DNA of 64,000 nt from Polyangiales bacterium (GTDB lineage Bacteria; Myxococcota_A; Polyangia; Polyangiales; JADJQN01). Shown piece after piece: positions 10,885 to 20,644 of this stretch. The DNA lies in assembly GCA_964202905.1 (NCBI GenBank), contig CAXNJO010000002.1, positions 480,001 through 544,000 of the forward strand, read 5' to 3'. The position numbers and the translations under genes were made by a program. The notes beneath the pieces were generated by a model, which was not told where the DNA came from, did not search any database, and worked only from the letters and a program-made list of their open reading frames with translations. Every line of letters starts with the position of its first letter. The first letter of the stretch is position 1.

Positions 10885-11133
10885 TGACCTGCCCTCGATA
10901 TTTCGGACCACTGGCGATGTGAGAAGACGAGCTCCCCGACAGACCGGGAGGGCACAGCTGCGCAAGAGCGGGTTCACGGACGAGCAGAGGATGAAGATGT
11001 TTCGCGAGGCCGAGCGGACATCCGTCGGCGAGGTCGCGAAGAAGCACGGTGTCAGCGAGCAGCCGGTGTACGCGTGGCGCAAGCGCTTCGGCGGCATGGA
11101 GGTCGGCGACGCGAAGCGGCTGAAGGCGCTCGA
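10885..11133 (+). mobile_element. IS3-family left-end remnant (IRL + truncated OrfA)
   Basis: TGACCTGCCCTCGATATTTCGGACCA terminal-IR-like start, then RKSGFTDEQ..EVAKKHGVSEQPVYAWRKRFGGME..AKRLKALE, ending abruptly. Confidence 0.85.
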
Positions 11134-11210
11134 GTTCGACTTTGGTGCGCGCGTCGATGCGCACGCGCTGCCCGCGATCCCCGCGCGGCATCGTGTACCC
11201 TCACGCCGCG

Positions 11211-11780
11211 ATGACGCCGCTCCTCCGCCTCTTCGTCGCGACCGCCCTCTATCTCCCCGTCGTGACGGGCTGCGCGGTGCGCTGCCCGGAGACCTGCATC
11301 GACGAGAGCGACGCCGGCGCGGATGCCTTCGCACCCGACGCCCCCGCGCCCGACGCCCCGCGCGACGCGGACGTCACCGACGTCGGCACATCGGACGCGG
11401 GCGCCGCAGACGCGTCGTTCGATGCCGCCGGGGACGTCGACGCCGACACGCTCGACGCGGCGACCTCGGGCGACGCCGCTGCGAGCGACGACGCAGGCCT
11501 CGCGTGCGATCCGACGCGCATCCGCTTCCTGCCCGCGGGCACGCTCATGGAGGGCCGCCTCTGCGACGACGTCTTCGCCTGCGTGCCCACGCGCGCCGAC
11601 GCCGTCGCCCTCGAAGCCGCCGCGCCCCTCTTCGACTGCGCGATCCCGACGGAAGGCGCCTGCGGGGGCGTGAGCTGCGTGATGCGCCCCTCGCTCCTCG
11701 ACGCCGCCGAAGTCGCCCAGATCTGCGCGGTGACGACGCTGCCCGCGCTCACCGATCTGGTCTGTTTCGTCTACCTCTGA
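11211..11780 (+). CDS. Cys-rich putative lipoprotein
   Basis: Signal peptide ending VTGC, DAG/DA-rich linker, Cys-rich C-terminal domain. Confidence 0.65.
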   Translation: MTPLLRLFVATALYLPVVTGCAVRCPETCIDESDAGADAFAPDAPAPDAPRDADVTDVGTSDAGAADASFDAAGDVDADTLDAATSGDAAASDDAGLACDPTRIRFLPAGTLMEGRLCDDVFACVPTRADAVALEAAAPLFDCAIPTEGACGGVSCVMRPSLLDAAEVAQICAVTTLPALTDLVCFVYL

Positions 11781-11799
11781 GCGGCCGAAGCACGCCGGC

Positions 11800-12348
11800 C
11801 CGGCCTTCCACGCGCGCCCCAGCTCGCGCGGATGCGCGAGACGGCAGCCCGTGTAGACGAGCATCGCCGCCAGCGCCGCGAGCGGGTTGCGGCGCACGAG
11901 CCCGGGCGCGAGCGCGACGAAGAACAGCAAGAAGAGCCCGAGGAAGAGGTTGGCGCGACGCGTGCGGCCGCCGCCGTCCACGTTGGCCGACGAGCGCACG
12001 ATCTCCGAGATCATCGGCAGTCCACCGAGCAGGCCGGCCACGACGTTCGCGTCGCCCTGCGCGACGAGGTCGCGGTCCAGCGACGCGCGCCGCCGCCACG
12101 GATCGAGCGTCTCGATCGCCTTCGCCGAGAGCACCGACTCGAGCCCCGCGACGATCGTGAAGAGCGCGACGTGCTTCCAGAACGCGGGCTCGGCGAGCGG
12201 CGCGAAGTCGGGAAACGTCACCATCGCCGAGAGCCGCTCCGGCACACGCACGAGGTGCTCCGGCCCGACGCGGAACACCGCGTCACCCCACGTCAGCACG
12301 CGCGCTTCGCCGAGCCCGAGCAGCCCGCCGATCGGCATCGTGACGAGC
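11800..12348 (-). pseudogene. Internal fragment of a SulP/SLC26 anion transporter
   Basis: IVAGLESVLSAKAI..LDRDLVAQG..GLLGGLPMISEIVRSSAN..GGRTRRAN..PLAALAAMLVYTG; no N-terminus or STAS domain. Confidence 0.85.
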
Positions 12349-12428
12349 CCGCCGCGCGCACCGAGACGCAGCGCTTCCGCACGCGCCGCCTCGCGCGTCA
12401 GCCCGTCAGCATCGTCTCGGCGCGCCCG

Positions 12429-12644
12429 CTCCCCGGCTTCCGCTTCCCCGCCGATCTCGGCACGCACCCGATGATCCTGCCCGGCGCGACGAGCGAGCTG
12501 CGCACCGAGTTCGACGCCCTCTGCGAGCGGCTCGGCGTCCGCCCCCGCATCCGCGCCGAGGTCGACGACATGGCCACGATGTGTCTGCTCGCGCGCGACG
12601 GCGACGCGCTCGTGCTCGTGCCCTCCGTCGTCGTGCGCGACGAC
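12429..12644 (+). pseudogene. Fragment of an NhaR-like LysR substrate-binding domain
   Basis: FRFPADL..PMILPG..SELRTEFD..GVRPRIRAEVDDMATM.LLARD..LVPSVVVRD; no HTH upstream. Confidence 0.75.
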
Positions 12645-12662
12645 GAAGGGGATGCGTGCGGC

Positions 12663-13298
12663 TCAGCCCGCCGCGACGACCGCGCGCACGCCGTCGATCA
12701 CGAACTGCACGGCGAGCGCCGCGAGCAGGAGCCCCATGATGCGCGTCAGCACGCTGGTGCCGGTCGGTCCGAGGACGCGCGCGAGCCGCGGCGCGAGGCG
12801 CATCACCAGCCACGTCGCCGCGCAGGTCACCGCGATCGCGGCGAACACCACCGCGCGCTCGGCGACCGACGACGCCCGCCCGGAGAGCATCACCACGCTC
12901 GCGATCGCACCCGGCCCCGAGACGAGGGGAATCGCGAGCGGGATCACGGCCACATCCTCGTGTTCCCGGTGCGCGCCCTCCGCATCCGGGGCGCTCTGCT
13001 GCGGCGCGCGCTCGCCGCGCACCATCTCGAGCGCCACGAGGAAGAGCAGGAGCCCCCCCGCGATGCGGAACGCGTCGAGCGTGATCCCGAACGCCTGAAA
13101 GACGATGTGCCCCGCGGTCGCGAACACGGCGAGCACGCCCGCGCCCACCAGCGCGGCGCGCCGCGCGACGGCGCTGCGCTTCTCCGCCGGGAGATGGCGC
13201 GTCGTCGCGAGGAAGGGCGGTGCGATGCCGATGGGATCGACGACGGTGAAGACCGTCGTGAACGCGACCAGCGCGAACCGCCAGAGTGAGCCCTCCAT
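12663..13298 (-). CDS. MarC family integral membrane protein
   Basis: FTVVDPIG, FGITLDAFRIAGGLLLF, VIPLAIPLVSGPGAI and TRIMGLLLAALAVQFV motifs. Confidence 0.92.
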   Translation of the reverse strand: MEGSLWRFALVAFTTVFTVVDPIGIAPPFLATTRHLPAEKRSAVARRAALVGAGVLAVFATAGHIVFQAFGITLDAFRIAGGLLLFLVALEMVRGERAPQQSAPDAEGAHREHEDVAVIPLAIPLVSGPGAIASVVMLSGRASSVAERAVVFAAIAVTCAATWLVMRLAPRLARVLGPTGTSVLTRIMGLLLAALAVQFVIDGVRAVVAAG

Positions 13299-13515
13299 GG
13301 CGCCCACGTCCTACGCCCGGCGCGCCGCGCTGTCGAGGGACGAAGACCCGCAAGCCGACCCCGGACGGACATCGAGTCGCCGCGGTGGTGGCGTTCGGCG
13401 AAATAACGATGAACGGATGGAAGCCCGTCCTCCAGCGAACCTCGTCTGCACTTGAGCACGGCCGCGGGCATTGCGCGGCTTGCTCGCGAGAGTGGGGTTG
13501 GGGCACGATGCGCGG

Positions 13516-14202
13516 ATGAACGGCGACCTGTTCGTTGATCACCAAAACGACTATCGCGTGTTTCGTGATGCGCAGGGGCGACTGCGCATCGGCGTGCTCG
13601 CTGGCAGCGTGGCCATGTATGAAATCGGGGTGACACTCGACGACGCGGAGCTCAAGGAGCTCGTCGCGTCGTCGAAGGCGTACTTCGATGCGCTTGCGCG
13701 CACGATCTTGCACGAGCCGCATCGCCATTCTCTGCGTGACTCGCTCGAGAGAGGTTTCACTCAGCACACATCACTGCGGTATTCGGACGTGCATGGCCTG
13801 TGGGGCGGCATGGTCGTCGACGTCGGCGGTGACGGCACGCTGAAGGTGATGGCGAAAGGGCCAGGAGGCCCGTTTCGTGGTGACGCGAAGTTTTCGGCGC
13901 AGGTGACGACTGATGAGCTCCGCGAGCTCGCGGCGATTCTGGTCGAAGGGCGCGTGTGGGAATCGGTGGCCACGATTCAATCGCGTCATCCGAAGGGACT
14001 GCCGCCCGACACGAAGCTCGCGACCATCACCTTGACGCTCACGAACGTTCCGCCGTTCGAACGCGTCGAAGCGATTCCGCACGGAGAGTCGACCTCGTTC
14101 GTCACGAAGCTCAAAACCTGGTGCGAAGAGCGTGCTCGAACATACGCGTTGTCTGCCTCGTTGAACCAAGAGGATCCCCTCGGAATACGCCGTCGATTCT
14201 GA
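13516..14202 (+). CDS. Hypothetical protein
   Basis: 228-aa ORF with globular composition; no recognised motif. Confidence 0.55.
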   Translation: MNGDLFVDHQNDYRVFRDAQGRLRIGVLAGSVAMYEIGVTLDDAELKELVASSKAYFDALARTILHEPHRHSLRDSLERGFTQHTSLRYSDVHGLWGGMVVDVGGDGTLKVMAKGPGGPFRGDAKFSAQVTTDELRELAAILVEGRVWESVATIQSRHPKGLPPDTKLATITLTLTNVPPFERVEAIPHGESTSFVTKLKTWCEERARTYALSASLNQEDPLGIRRRF

Positions 14203-14375
14203 GAGTTTCCGGGCATGCCGCACGCCCGTCGTCGCCCTGCTCGCCGCCGCCGCCCTTCGCACCCGCTGTGTCCGGAGAGGGCAGGCGCAGAGGGCCTTTT
14301 CGACACTCCGTGCTTCGACGCGCGACCTCGCGCGATTCTGGGAATGTCCGCGCGCCCGTGGCACCAATGCGCCCC

Positions 14376-15380
14376 ATGCGAAATCGACGAACCGCCGCGA
14401 TCACGATGTCCCTCCTGCTGGCGCTCGTTGCTGGTTGCGTAGAGGACGACGGTCCGGCCGACCTCGGAGGACGCGATGCCACGGTCGACACGGGCATGGC
14501 CGACGCAGGGCCGGTCAGCGACGCAGGGCCGGTCAGCGACGCAGGGCCGCCGAGCGACGCAAGCTCGCCGCTCGATGGGGCCGTGCCGGCCTGCTCGAGC
14601 GAGTCACCAGGGGTTGGCTTCACGCGGATCCCGGCCGGCACCTTCATGATGGGCTCACCCCTCGGCGAGCCCTTTCGCGAGGCAGAGGAGGGGCTGCACG
14701 AGGTCACGTTGTCACACGACTTCTGGCTGGGCACCACCGAGGTGACACAAGCGCAGTGGCGCGCGCTGATGGCGAGCAGTCCATCGGGGTTCCCGGCGTG
14801 CGGCGACACCTGCCCGGTGGAGTCGATCAGCTGGCTCGAGGCCATCGCCTATGCGAACGCTCGCTCACGCGAGGAGGGGTTGCCCGAGTGCTATCTCGCC
14901 GACGGAAACGTCGTGGCCGGAGGGAGCATCTACGAGTGCTGTGGCTATCGCCTTCCGACGGAGGCTGAGTGGGAATACGCCGCGCGCGCCGGCACCACGA
15001 CCGCGACGTACGCCGGCGACCTCTTGGGTGGCCCACAGGATTGCGCCTCCGAGGGGACCGTCGTGAACGGGAGCGCGTGGTGGTGCGGGAACTCTGGGCT
15101 CCAAACGCATCCAGTCGGCGAGAAGGCGCCGAACGCCTTCGGTCTCCGCGACATGCTTGGCAACGTCTGGGAGTGGACGCACGACTGGTACGGCTTCAAC
15201 GCGGGTCCGATCACCGACCCAGCCGTCTCGACCGACGTCGAGGGACTCGGCTCTCGACTGCTCCGCGGTGGCAGTTGGATCAATCAAGCCGGACTCCTGC
15301 GCGCCGCGTACAGGGCGCGCGCGCTACCGACGGACGCCGACACGATCACTGGGCTCCGCCTCGCGCGAACCGCGCTCTGA
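14376..15380 (+). CDS. Formylglycine-generating enzyme (FGE/SUMF1) family lipoprotein
   Basis: Lipobox VAGC; IPAGTFMMGS, TEVTQAQW, YRLPTEAEWEYAARAG, NAFGLRDMLGNVWEW, RGGSW, GLRLAR. Confidence 0.92.
   Translation: MRNRRTAAITMSLLLALVAGCVEDDGPADLGGRDATVDTGMADAGPVSDAGPVSDAGPPSDASSPLDGAVPACSSESPGVGFTRIPAGTFMMGSPLGEPFREAEEGLHEVTLSHDFWLGTTEVTQAQWRALMASSPSGFPACGDTCPVESISWLEAIAYANARSREEGLPECYLADGNVVAGGSIYECCGYRLPTEAEWEYAARAGTTTATYAGDLLGGPQDCASEGTVVNGSAWWCGNSGLQTHPVGEKAPNAFGLRDMLGNVWEWTHDWYGFNAGPITDPAVSTDVEGLGSRLLRGGSWINQAGLLRAAYRARALPTDADTITGLRLARTAL
14502..14561 (+). repeat. In-frame 18-bp tandem repeat, about 3.3 copies (DAGPVS linker)
   Basis: GACGCAGGGCCGGTCAGC twice, then GACGCAGGGCCGCCGAGC and GACGCA. 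Confidence 0.9.
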
Positions 15381-15590
15381 GCCGCGCCCGCCGACGCGCG
15401 GGGGCTTGGTACGCTCCCGGGCGATGCGAGACGCGCAATCGACCGACACCCTCGACGCCCATGCGCCCACCGCGCCGGCACGCGGCGACGACGACGACGA
15501 CGACATCACACGGGCCCCGACGGGCCCGTGTGTCGTTTGGGCTCTACACGGCGTTTGACCGACGACAGTGTCCACGACGACACTGCGACG

Positions 15591-16364
15591 ATGGTCCCTC
15601 GCCTCATCACGATTCCGTTTTCGCACTACTGCGAGAAGGCCCGTTGGGCCCTTGACCGTCGCGGCATCGCCTTCGTCGAAGAGGGCCATCTTCCCGTTTT
15701 GCACACCCGCGCCACCCGCGCCGTCGGCGGCCGCAGCACGCCGCTGCTTGTCATCGACGACGGTGGTCAGCTCCGGTCGCTGACGGACTCCACCGATATC
15801 CTCCGCTACGCGGATACGGCCGGCACCCGCGGCGAGCGTCTCTTTCCCCCCGCCGACAGCGCCGTTGGTGAGGAGGTCGCTGCGTTGGAGGACCGCTTCG
15901 ACGAGGTCCTTGGGCCCCATGCCCGGCGGCTGGGCTACTTCTTCCTCCTCGACGACACGACAGCGATGCGGGGCCTCCTCAAGGGTGCGGCAGTGCCTGG
16001 CTTCGAGCGGGCGCTAGCCTTGTCGGCGTTGCCACTGGTCAAGGCGATGCTCCGTCGGGGGCTCAAGATCTCGGCGGACGGCGCCGCCCGGTCCCGGGTT
16101 CGCATCGAGGAGGTCTTCGCCGACGTCGAGGCCCGTCTGGCGGATGGTCGACGCTTCCTGGTGGGCGACCGCTTCACGGCCGCCGACCTCACCTTCGCGG
16201 CCCTGGCGTCGCCCCTCGTCATGCCGCCGGCCTGCGAGGGGTACCTGTTGCCCCTCACAGCTTTTCGCGAGCCCTTCCGACGTTCCGTCGACCACTGGCG
16301 GGCAACGCGGGCCGGGGCCTTCGCGATGGCGATGTTCGACAGCGAGCGCACCGCGAAACCCTGA
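15591..16364 (+). CDS. Glutathione S-transferase family protein
   Basis: LITIPFSHYCEKARWALD, STPLL..LTDSTDIL, FLVGDRFTAADLTFAAL. Confidence 0.92.
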   Translation: MVPRLITIPFSHYCEKARWALDRRGIAFVEEGHLPVLHTRATRAVGGRSTPLLVIDDGGQLRSLTDSTDILRYADTAGTRGERLFPPADSAVGEEVAALEDRFDEVLGPHARRLGYFFLLDDTTAMRGLLKGAAVPGFERALALSALPLVKAMLRRGLKISADGAARSRVRIEEVFADVEARLADGRRFLVGDRFTAADLTFAALASPLVMPPACEGYLLPLTAFREPFRRSVDHWRATRAGAFAMAMFDSERTAKP

Positions 16365-16420
16365 GCGCCCTCAGGGCAGGATCGGGGTGACTGCGGCTTC
16401 GGCGCGCCGACGTGCGCGGC

Positions 16421-16687
16421 TCAGGCGTCGGCGGACTTCGGCGCCGCGCTCTTCGCAGCGGCCTTGCTCTTCGCGCCGGGCAAGGCGACCGCGTTCGGGT
16501 CCTCCTCGGGCGTCACCGGCACATCGCGCGTCGTGCCGGGATACATCGACTCCGCGAGCCGGCGCAGGATCGCCGTCGCCTCCTGCTGCGAGCGCCGCAT
16601 GATGTTCAGCTCGCGAGCGATGATGAGCAGCATGAGCAGCACGATGACGAACAGCGCGATCAGCAGAATGACGTCGGTCGTTTGCAT
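16421..16687 (-). CDS. Small single-pass membrane protein
   Basis: GAGGAG RBS, ATG, one strongly hydrophobic helix (VILLIALFVIVLLMLLII). Confidence 0.7.
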   Translation of the reverse strand: MQTTDVILLIALFVIVLLMLLIIARELNIMRRSQQEATAILRRLAESMYPGTTRDVPVTPEEDPNAVALPGAKSKAAAKSAAPKSADA

Positions 16688-16885
16688 AAGCGGTCTCCTC
16701 GTTGGGCCTCGACGGTACAGCAGAACGACGCACGCGACGGGGCGCTGATTCGCGGCGCGGCTGCAGGCGCTGTGGTTCCGCGGTTGGCTGCCTTGACCTG
16801 CCCGCATTCTTCGGACCACCGATGGCTGGAGTCGAGCGGCTGCACTCGCACCTCGAGCCGGCGGAGTCGCGCCGCGGCGCCACGC

Positions 16886-17386
16886 TCAGGGCGGGCGCTG
16901 ACCGCCGTCCGGCGCGACCGGGATCGTGTGGATCTGACCATCGCGGTCCACGGTGATCGCGATCTCACCGCGAGCAGCCGCCTCGGCGAGCGCCGCCGTC
17001 GCTGGATCCACGTCGTCGAGGCTCATCCGCTCGTCGTACGCGTCCTGCGACGCCCGCTGCAGCGCCTCGCGAACGCGGTCGCGCTCCGTGGCGCGGATCC
17101 ACATCCCTGCAACCGAGACGAGAAGCATCGGCAGCGCCATGAGCAACAGCATCGCGCGCGTCGGCGGCGGGCGCTTTGGCGCAGGCGCCGCTACGCCCGC
17201 GTCGGCCTCGGGCACGTCGTCCACGGCGCGCGGAGCGCCCCTGTCGCCGCGGCCCCGCGCGACCAGCAGCTCGCGGGCGACGCCGCGCGCCACCTCGGAG
17301 TCATCACCGTTCGCAGCGATGTCGCCGAGCGTCTCGTCGGAGTGCGCCTCGAACTGCACCCGCAGGCTGTCGCGGTCTATCTTCAT
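16886..17386 (-). CDS. Hypothetical membrane-anchored protein
   Basis: MKIDRDSLR..HSDETL..ARELLVARG N-terminal domain plus one TM helix. Confidence 0.6.
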   Translation of the reverse strand: MKIDRDSLRVQFEAHSDETLGDIAANGDDSEVARGVARELLVARGRGDRGAPRAVDDVPEADAGVAAPAPKRPPPTRAMLLLMALPMLLVSVAGMWIRATERDRVREALQRASQDAYDERMSLDDVDPATAALAEAAARGEIAITVDRDGQIHTIPVAPDGGQRPP

Positions 17387-17426
17387 GGGGGTGGCCCGCT
17401 CCAGTGTAGGTCGATGCGCCTGCCGC

Positions 17427-17553
17427 TGGGAGCGCGAGAGCGACGCCGAGCGCTGCGTCGACACGGCTGATGGACTCGCGCGGCAGCGTACCGAAGACTC
17501 CCGCGAGCTCGTCCTTCCACAGCGTGCCGATCTCCGCGTGCTTCGCCGTGCTC
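17427..17553 (-). pseudogene. C-terminal fragment resembling PemK/MazF toxin
   Basis: STAKHAEIGTLWKDELAGVFGTLPRESISRVDAALGVALAL resembles the MazF C-terminal pattern; no N-terminal half seen. Confidence 0.5.
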
Positions 17554-17701
17554 GGGGTCGGGACGTACGGCTCGCGACGCTGTTTTACACGGAGCGTCGT
17601 GGGGTGGGGGACCCAGAGGGCTTTGCCCGATGGGGAGAGTCTGCGGCAGACCCTCCGGAAGAAACCACATGATGGATCGCGGTCGACGCGATCCTGTGTA
17701 G

Positions 17702-18541
17702 TCAGCGCGCAGCGTCGTGTGCTTGTGGCGCCGGCACGTCGGGCACGAACGGGCTGTCCTCCATGTCGCGGTAGATCTGCGCGTAGTCGCTCGCGAACGG
17801 ATCCGCGTCGCTCGCGTAGAGCCAGCCGGCGATTCCTGACACGTTGAGCAGCGCGGCGAGCGCGCCGATCACGACGGCCGCCCAGAACGTCGATGGACGC
17901 GTGAGCACGCCGGGCAGGCGCTGCTTCATCACGCCGAGCGCGATCGGGACGCCGTGCGCCGCGTGATAGACGCCGGCGACGCCGAAGATCGCGTAGTACG
18001 GCAGGAAAAACCACGGCAACCACGCGATGCTGAACTGCAGTCCGACGAACTCGGGATACACGCCATGGACGAGCGAGGCACCGCGCGTCGCGAGGACATG
18101 GCCTGTCATGACCAGCAGCAAGTACCACGCTGCATAGCGATGGAGCCGTGTCCGAATGGGCGCGTCCGTGGTGCGAGTGCGGCGCTTCACCAACGCGCGA
18201 ATACCGGCGACGACATGCACGAGCAGCGGCAGAAAGACGAGCAACACCTCGATCACCGGGCTCTGATAGGCGCGCCGCACGATGCGTTGAAGCGGGTCGT
18301 AGGCGCCGGGGATCGCCGCGAGCATGGCGTTCAGCAGATGCACGGACGCGAACGAGGTGAGCGCAATGCCGCTGATCGCCTGCGCGCGTCGGAACGCGAG
18401 GTGGAGGGCGCGCTCGCGTGCGCTCGGCACGGCAGAACTCGCGGTCGTTCCAGCGCTGGAGCCTGCAGTCGCGTCGGCGCGGGAGCCAGGGGTCGAGTCG
18501 ACGGGAGAGACGGTTGAGTGAGTGTCCCCGGGGGACTCCAC
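17702..18541 (-). CDS. Multi-pass membrane protein, cytochrome-b-like / DUF1691-like
   Basis: TM helices with spaced His (SVHLLN, LVHVVAG, LHRY, TGHVLATR, YHAAHG); start uncertain. Confidence 0.6.
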   Translation of the reverse strand: MESPGDTHSTVSPVDSTPGSRADATAGSSAGTTASSAVPSARERALHLAFRRAQAISGIALTSFASVHLLNAMLAAIPGAYDPLQRIVRRAYQSPVIEVLLVFLPLLVHVVAGIRALVKRRTRTTDAPIRTRLHRYAAWYLLLVMTGHVLATRGASLVHGVYPEFVGLQFSIAWLPWFFLPYYAIFGVAGVYHAAHGVPIALGVMKQRLPGVLTRPSTFWAAVVIGALAALLNVSGIAGWLYASDADPFASDYAQIYRDMEDSPFVPDVPAPQAHDAAR

Positions 18542-18622
18542 GCGCCAGACGAGGCAGACGGGCCCACTGTGACACGGCGACGAAGACGTTCTGCGCGCTC
18601 GCGTTGGAGCGCTGGACTCAGA

Positions 18623-18667
18623 GCTGAGACAACGCCGTCGCCGAGAGCTTCTTCACCACCTTGAAGA
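18623..18667 (+). mobile_element. 45-bp IS3 transposase fragment
   Basis: Matches 32311-32355 of the intact IS3 at 43/45 (DNAVAESFF.TLK segment). Confidence 0.8.
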
Positions 18668-18734
18668 AGGTCTTCGCGAAGCTCGCCACGTGGACGAAGC
18701 TGCAGGTAGGGTGAGGCGCGAAGAAGGGGTCTCC

Positions 18735-19403
18735 TCAGGGAACGAACCCGTCAAGGAACTCGTCGACGCAAATCGTGCCCGGACCGCAACCCACAATGCC
18801 CATGATGCCCGTGTCCGTGCACGTGGCGTCGCCGCAACCCTCGCATGTGCCGCTGACGGCGTACGCGCACGTCCCCACGTCGCTCGCGTCGGCAGGGGTC
18901 GCCGAGCGACATGAACCGCCGACGTCGAAGGTGCAGCGCGCGAGGAGGGTGCCAACCGGCCCTGTTTCCGTCGTGCACTCCGAGTCGGAGCGACACGCGT
19001 CTGTCGTGCCAACGGGGCCGGCGGGCCGTTGGCAGCGTGGAACGCTCTCGGGGTCGTTGCGACAGACCAAGCCTTCGAAACATTGCGACTCGCTCGTGCA
19101 GCGGATGCCGGGTTCGAACTTGGAAACGCACAACGGCACGCTGCGGCCGTCGAGGAAGGCGCAGACCAGGTCGACAGTGCATGCGTCATTGCCAAGCATC
19201 GGACAGCAAGGGGCGTACTCAGCGCCAGCAGGAGGGAGACTCGTGCAGTCCACGAGCGCGGGGTCGGGGACACCCGTGGTTGCATCCGGACGGCCGCCGT
19301 CGCTGTCGCCGTCCACCACGCTGCCACGACGCCTATCGGTGCAAGCGATGAGAGTGATGGCGACGAGAGCGACGAAGGCGAGAAGGGCAGGCAGCTTCCT
19401 CAT
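18735..19403 (-). CDS. Cys-rich putative lipoprotein
   Basis: MRKLPALLAFVALVAITLIAC signal/lipobox followed by many Cys (CxxxSxC units). Confidence 0.75.
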   Translation of the reverse strand: MRKLPALLAFVALVAITLIACTDRRRGSVVDGDSDGGRPDATTGVPDPALVDCTSLPPAGAEYAPCCPMLGNDACTVDLVCAFLDGRSVPLCVSKFEPGIRCTSESQCFEGLVCRNDPESVPRCQRPAGPVGTTDACRSDSECTTETGPVGTLLARCTFDVGGSCRSATPADASDVGTCAYAVSGTCEGCGDATCTDTGIMGIVGCGPGTICVDEFLDGFVP

Positions 19404-19450
19404 GGCGCGGAGGATTCCCCCCACCCCGCGTTCGAGTCAACGGGGACTTG

Positions 19451-19530
19451 CGAGCTTGCTCCAGTTCAGTAGACAGATTGCCAACTCGCTGCTGCCTGCT
19501 TTGCCATCGTGCACTCCAAGCGCTCGAGGC
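19451..19530 (-). mobile_element. IS3-family right-end remnant
   Basis: Minus strand ends CTGTCTACTGAACTGGAGCAAGCTCG (IRR-like); the preceding ~39 bp is homologous to 8273-8311 (TMAKQ.AAS) of the other IS3 remnant. Confidence 0.7.
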
Positions 19531-19571
19531 TCGGCTCGCCGATGATCCGTTCGAAAAGACAGAACGTTGAT

Positions 19572-20015
19572 ATGCGAAACGCGCTATTTCCATGCACCGC
19601 GCGCTTCGCCGAGGCTGTCGGCGTCCCGTCGGTCGGAGGCGCCGGATTCTCGCTCTCCATCGAGGGCCGCTACGTCGTGGCACTCCCGCTCTCGCTCGAG
19701 GCCGTCTTCGGCGTGCAGCTCGGCGGGCGCCTGCGCTTCGTCGACGTCGGCGGTTGGCCCGAGCTCGACGGCGCGACGCAGTGGGGATTCTCCGTCGCAC
19801 CCATCCTCGGCATGCAACTCCCCATCTGGCGGATCAACGACCTCGGCTCGCGCGCGCTCCTCGCGCTCGAAGGCGTGCCCGAGTGGCGATTCCGGGCCGA
19901 TCCGCGCATCTCCGCGCCCGCCACCGACTTCGTCACGCGCGACCGGCTCGCCGCCGCGCTCTCGGGAACCGAGCTCGGCGTCCGCATCCAGATGGGGATT
20001 CGCCTCGAGCTGTGA
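19572..20015 (+). pseudogene. Probably 5'-truncated outer-membrane beta-barrel-like gene
   Basis: Amphipathic beta-strand pattern ending LGVRIQMGIRLEL*; no signal peptide; starts beside the IS remnant. Confidence 0.4.
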
Positions 20016-20049
20016 GCGCGCCGGCGGCGCCCCTCGTTCCTCGCCGTCG

Positions 20050-20255
20050 AAGAGAGCCTCAAGGCCGGCCCGCCGAGCGGTGTGCCCCCCGAGATGATCG
20101 CCTCCATCCGCGAGACGCGCGTCGCGCTGAAGGGCCCGCTCGAGACGCCCGTCGGCTTCGGCGAAAAGAGCGCGAACGTCACGCTCCGCAAGCTCTTCGA
20201 GACCCACGCGAACGTCCGCCCCGTGCGCGAGATGCCCGGCGTGCAGACGCCAACT
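20050..20255 (+). pseudogene. icd: Isocitrate dehydrogenase N-terminal-region fragment
   Basis: SGVPPEMIASIRETRVALKGPLETPVGFGEKSANVTLRKLFETHANVRPVREMPGVQTP; similarity ends on both sides. Confidence 0.85.
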
Positions 20256-20644
20256 CGGCGCGATGCGCCAGTTCTGATTGCGCTGAATCCCACGCTACCC
20301 CTCCGAAAAATGGATTCGCGACTGCCGCCTTCGTCCCATCTCGAATCCATGCGCGGGACGATTGGACCGCAGCGCCATCGCCCCGCGCGGGGCCTCGACG
20401 TCAGCGTGAGTCCGGAGTCCGCTGCGCGTCCGCGACGCGCCGCCGTGTACGGCCGTGCACGTCGCTCGGCGAAGCCATCGACGAGCAGCCCCACACCGCA
20501 GAAGAAGACCAGCGCGATGCCGAGTCCCTGCGTGCAGTCACTGCGCGTCTTCGGCGCATCGCGACACCGGACATCTCACGACGTCGCCCGCCCCCTGCGC
20601 GGCGCCCACGCCAACAGGCCCACCGCGGGCATCGTCACGCTCGG

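Noticed and set aside
20400..20640. Hydrophobic minus-strand stretch QGLGIALVFFCGVGLLVDGF as another gene remnant
   Set aside because: Too short, and no recognisable family.
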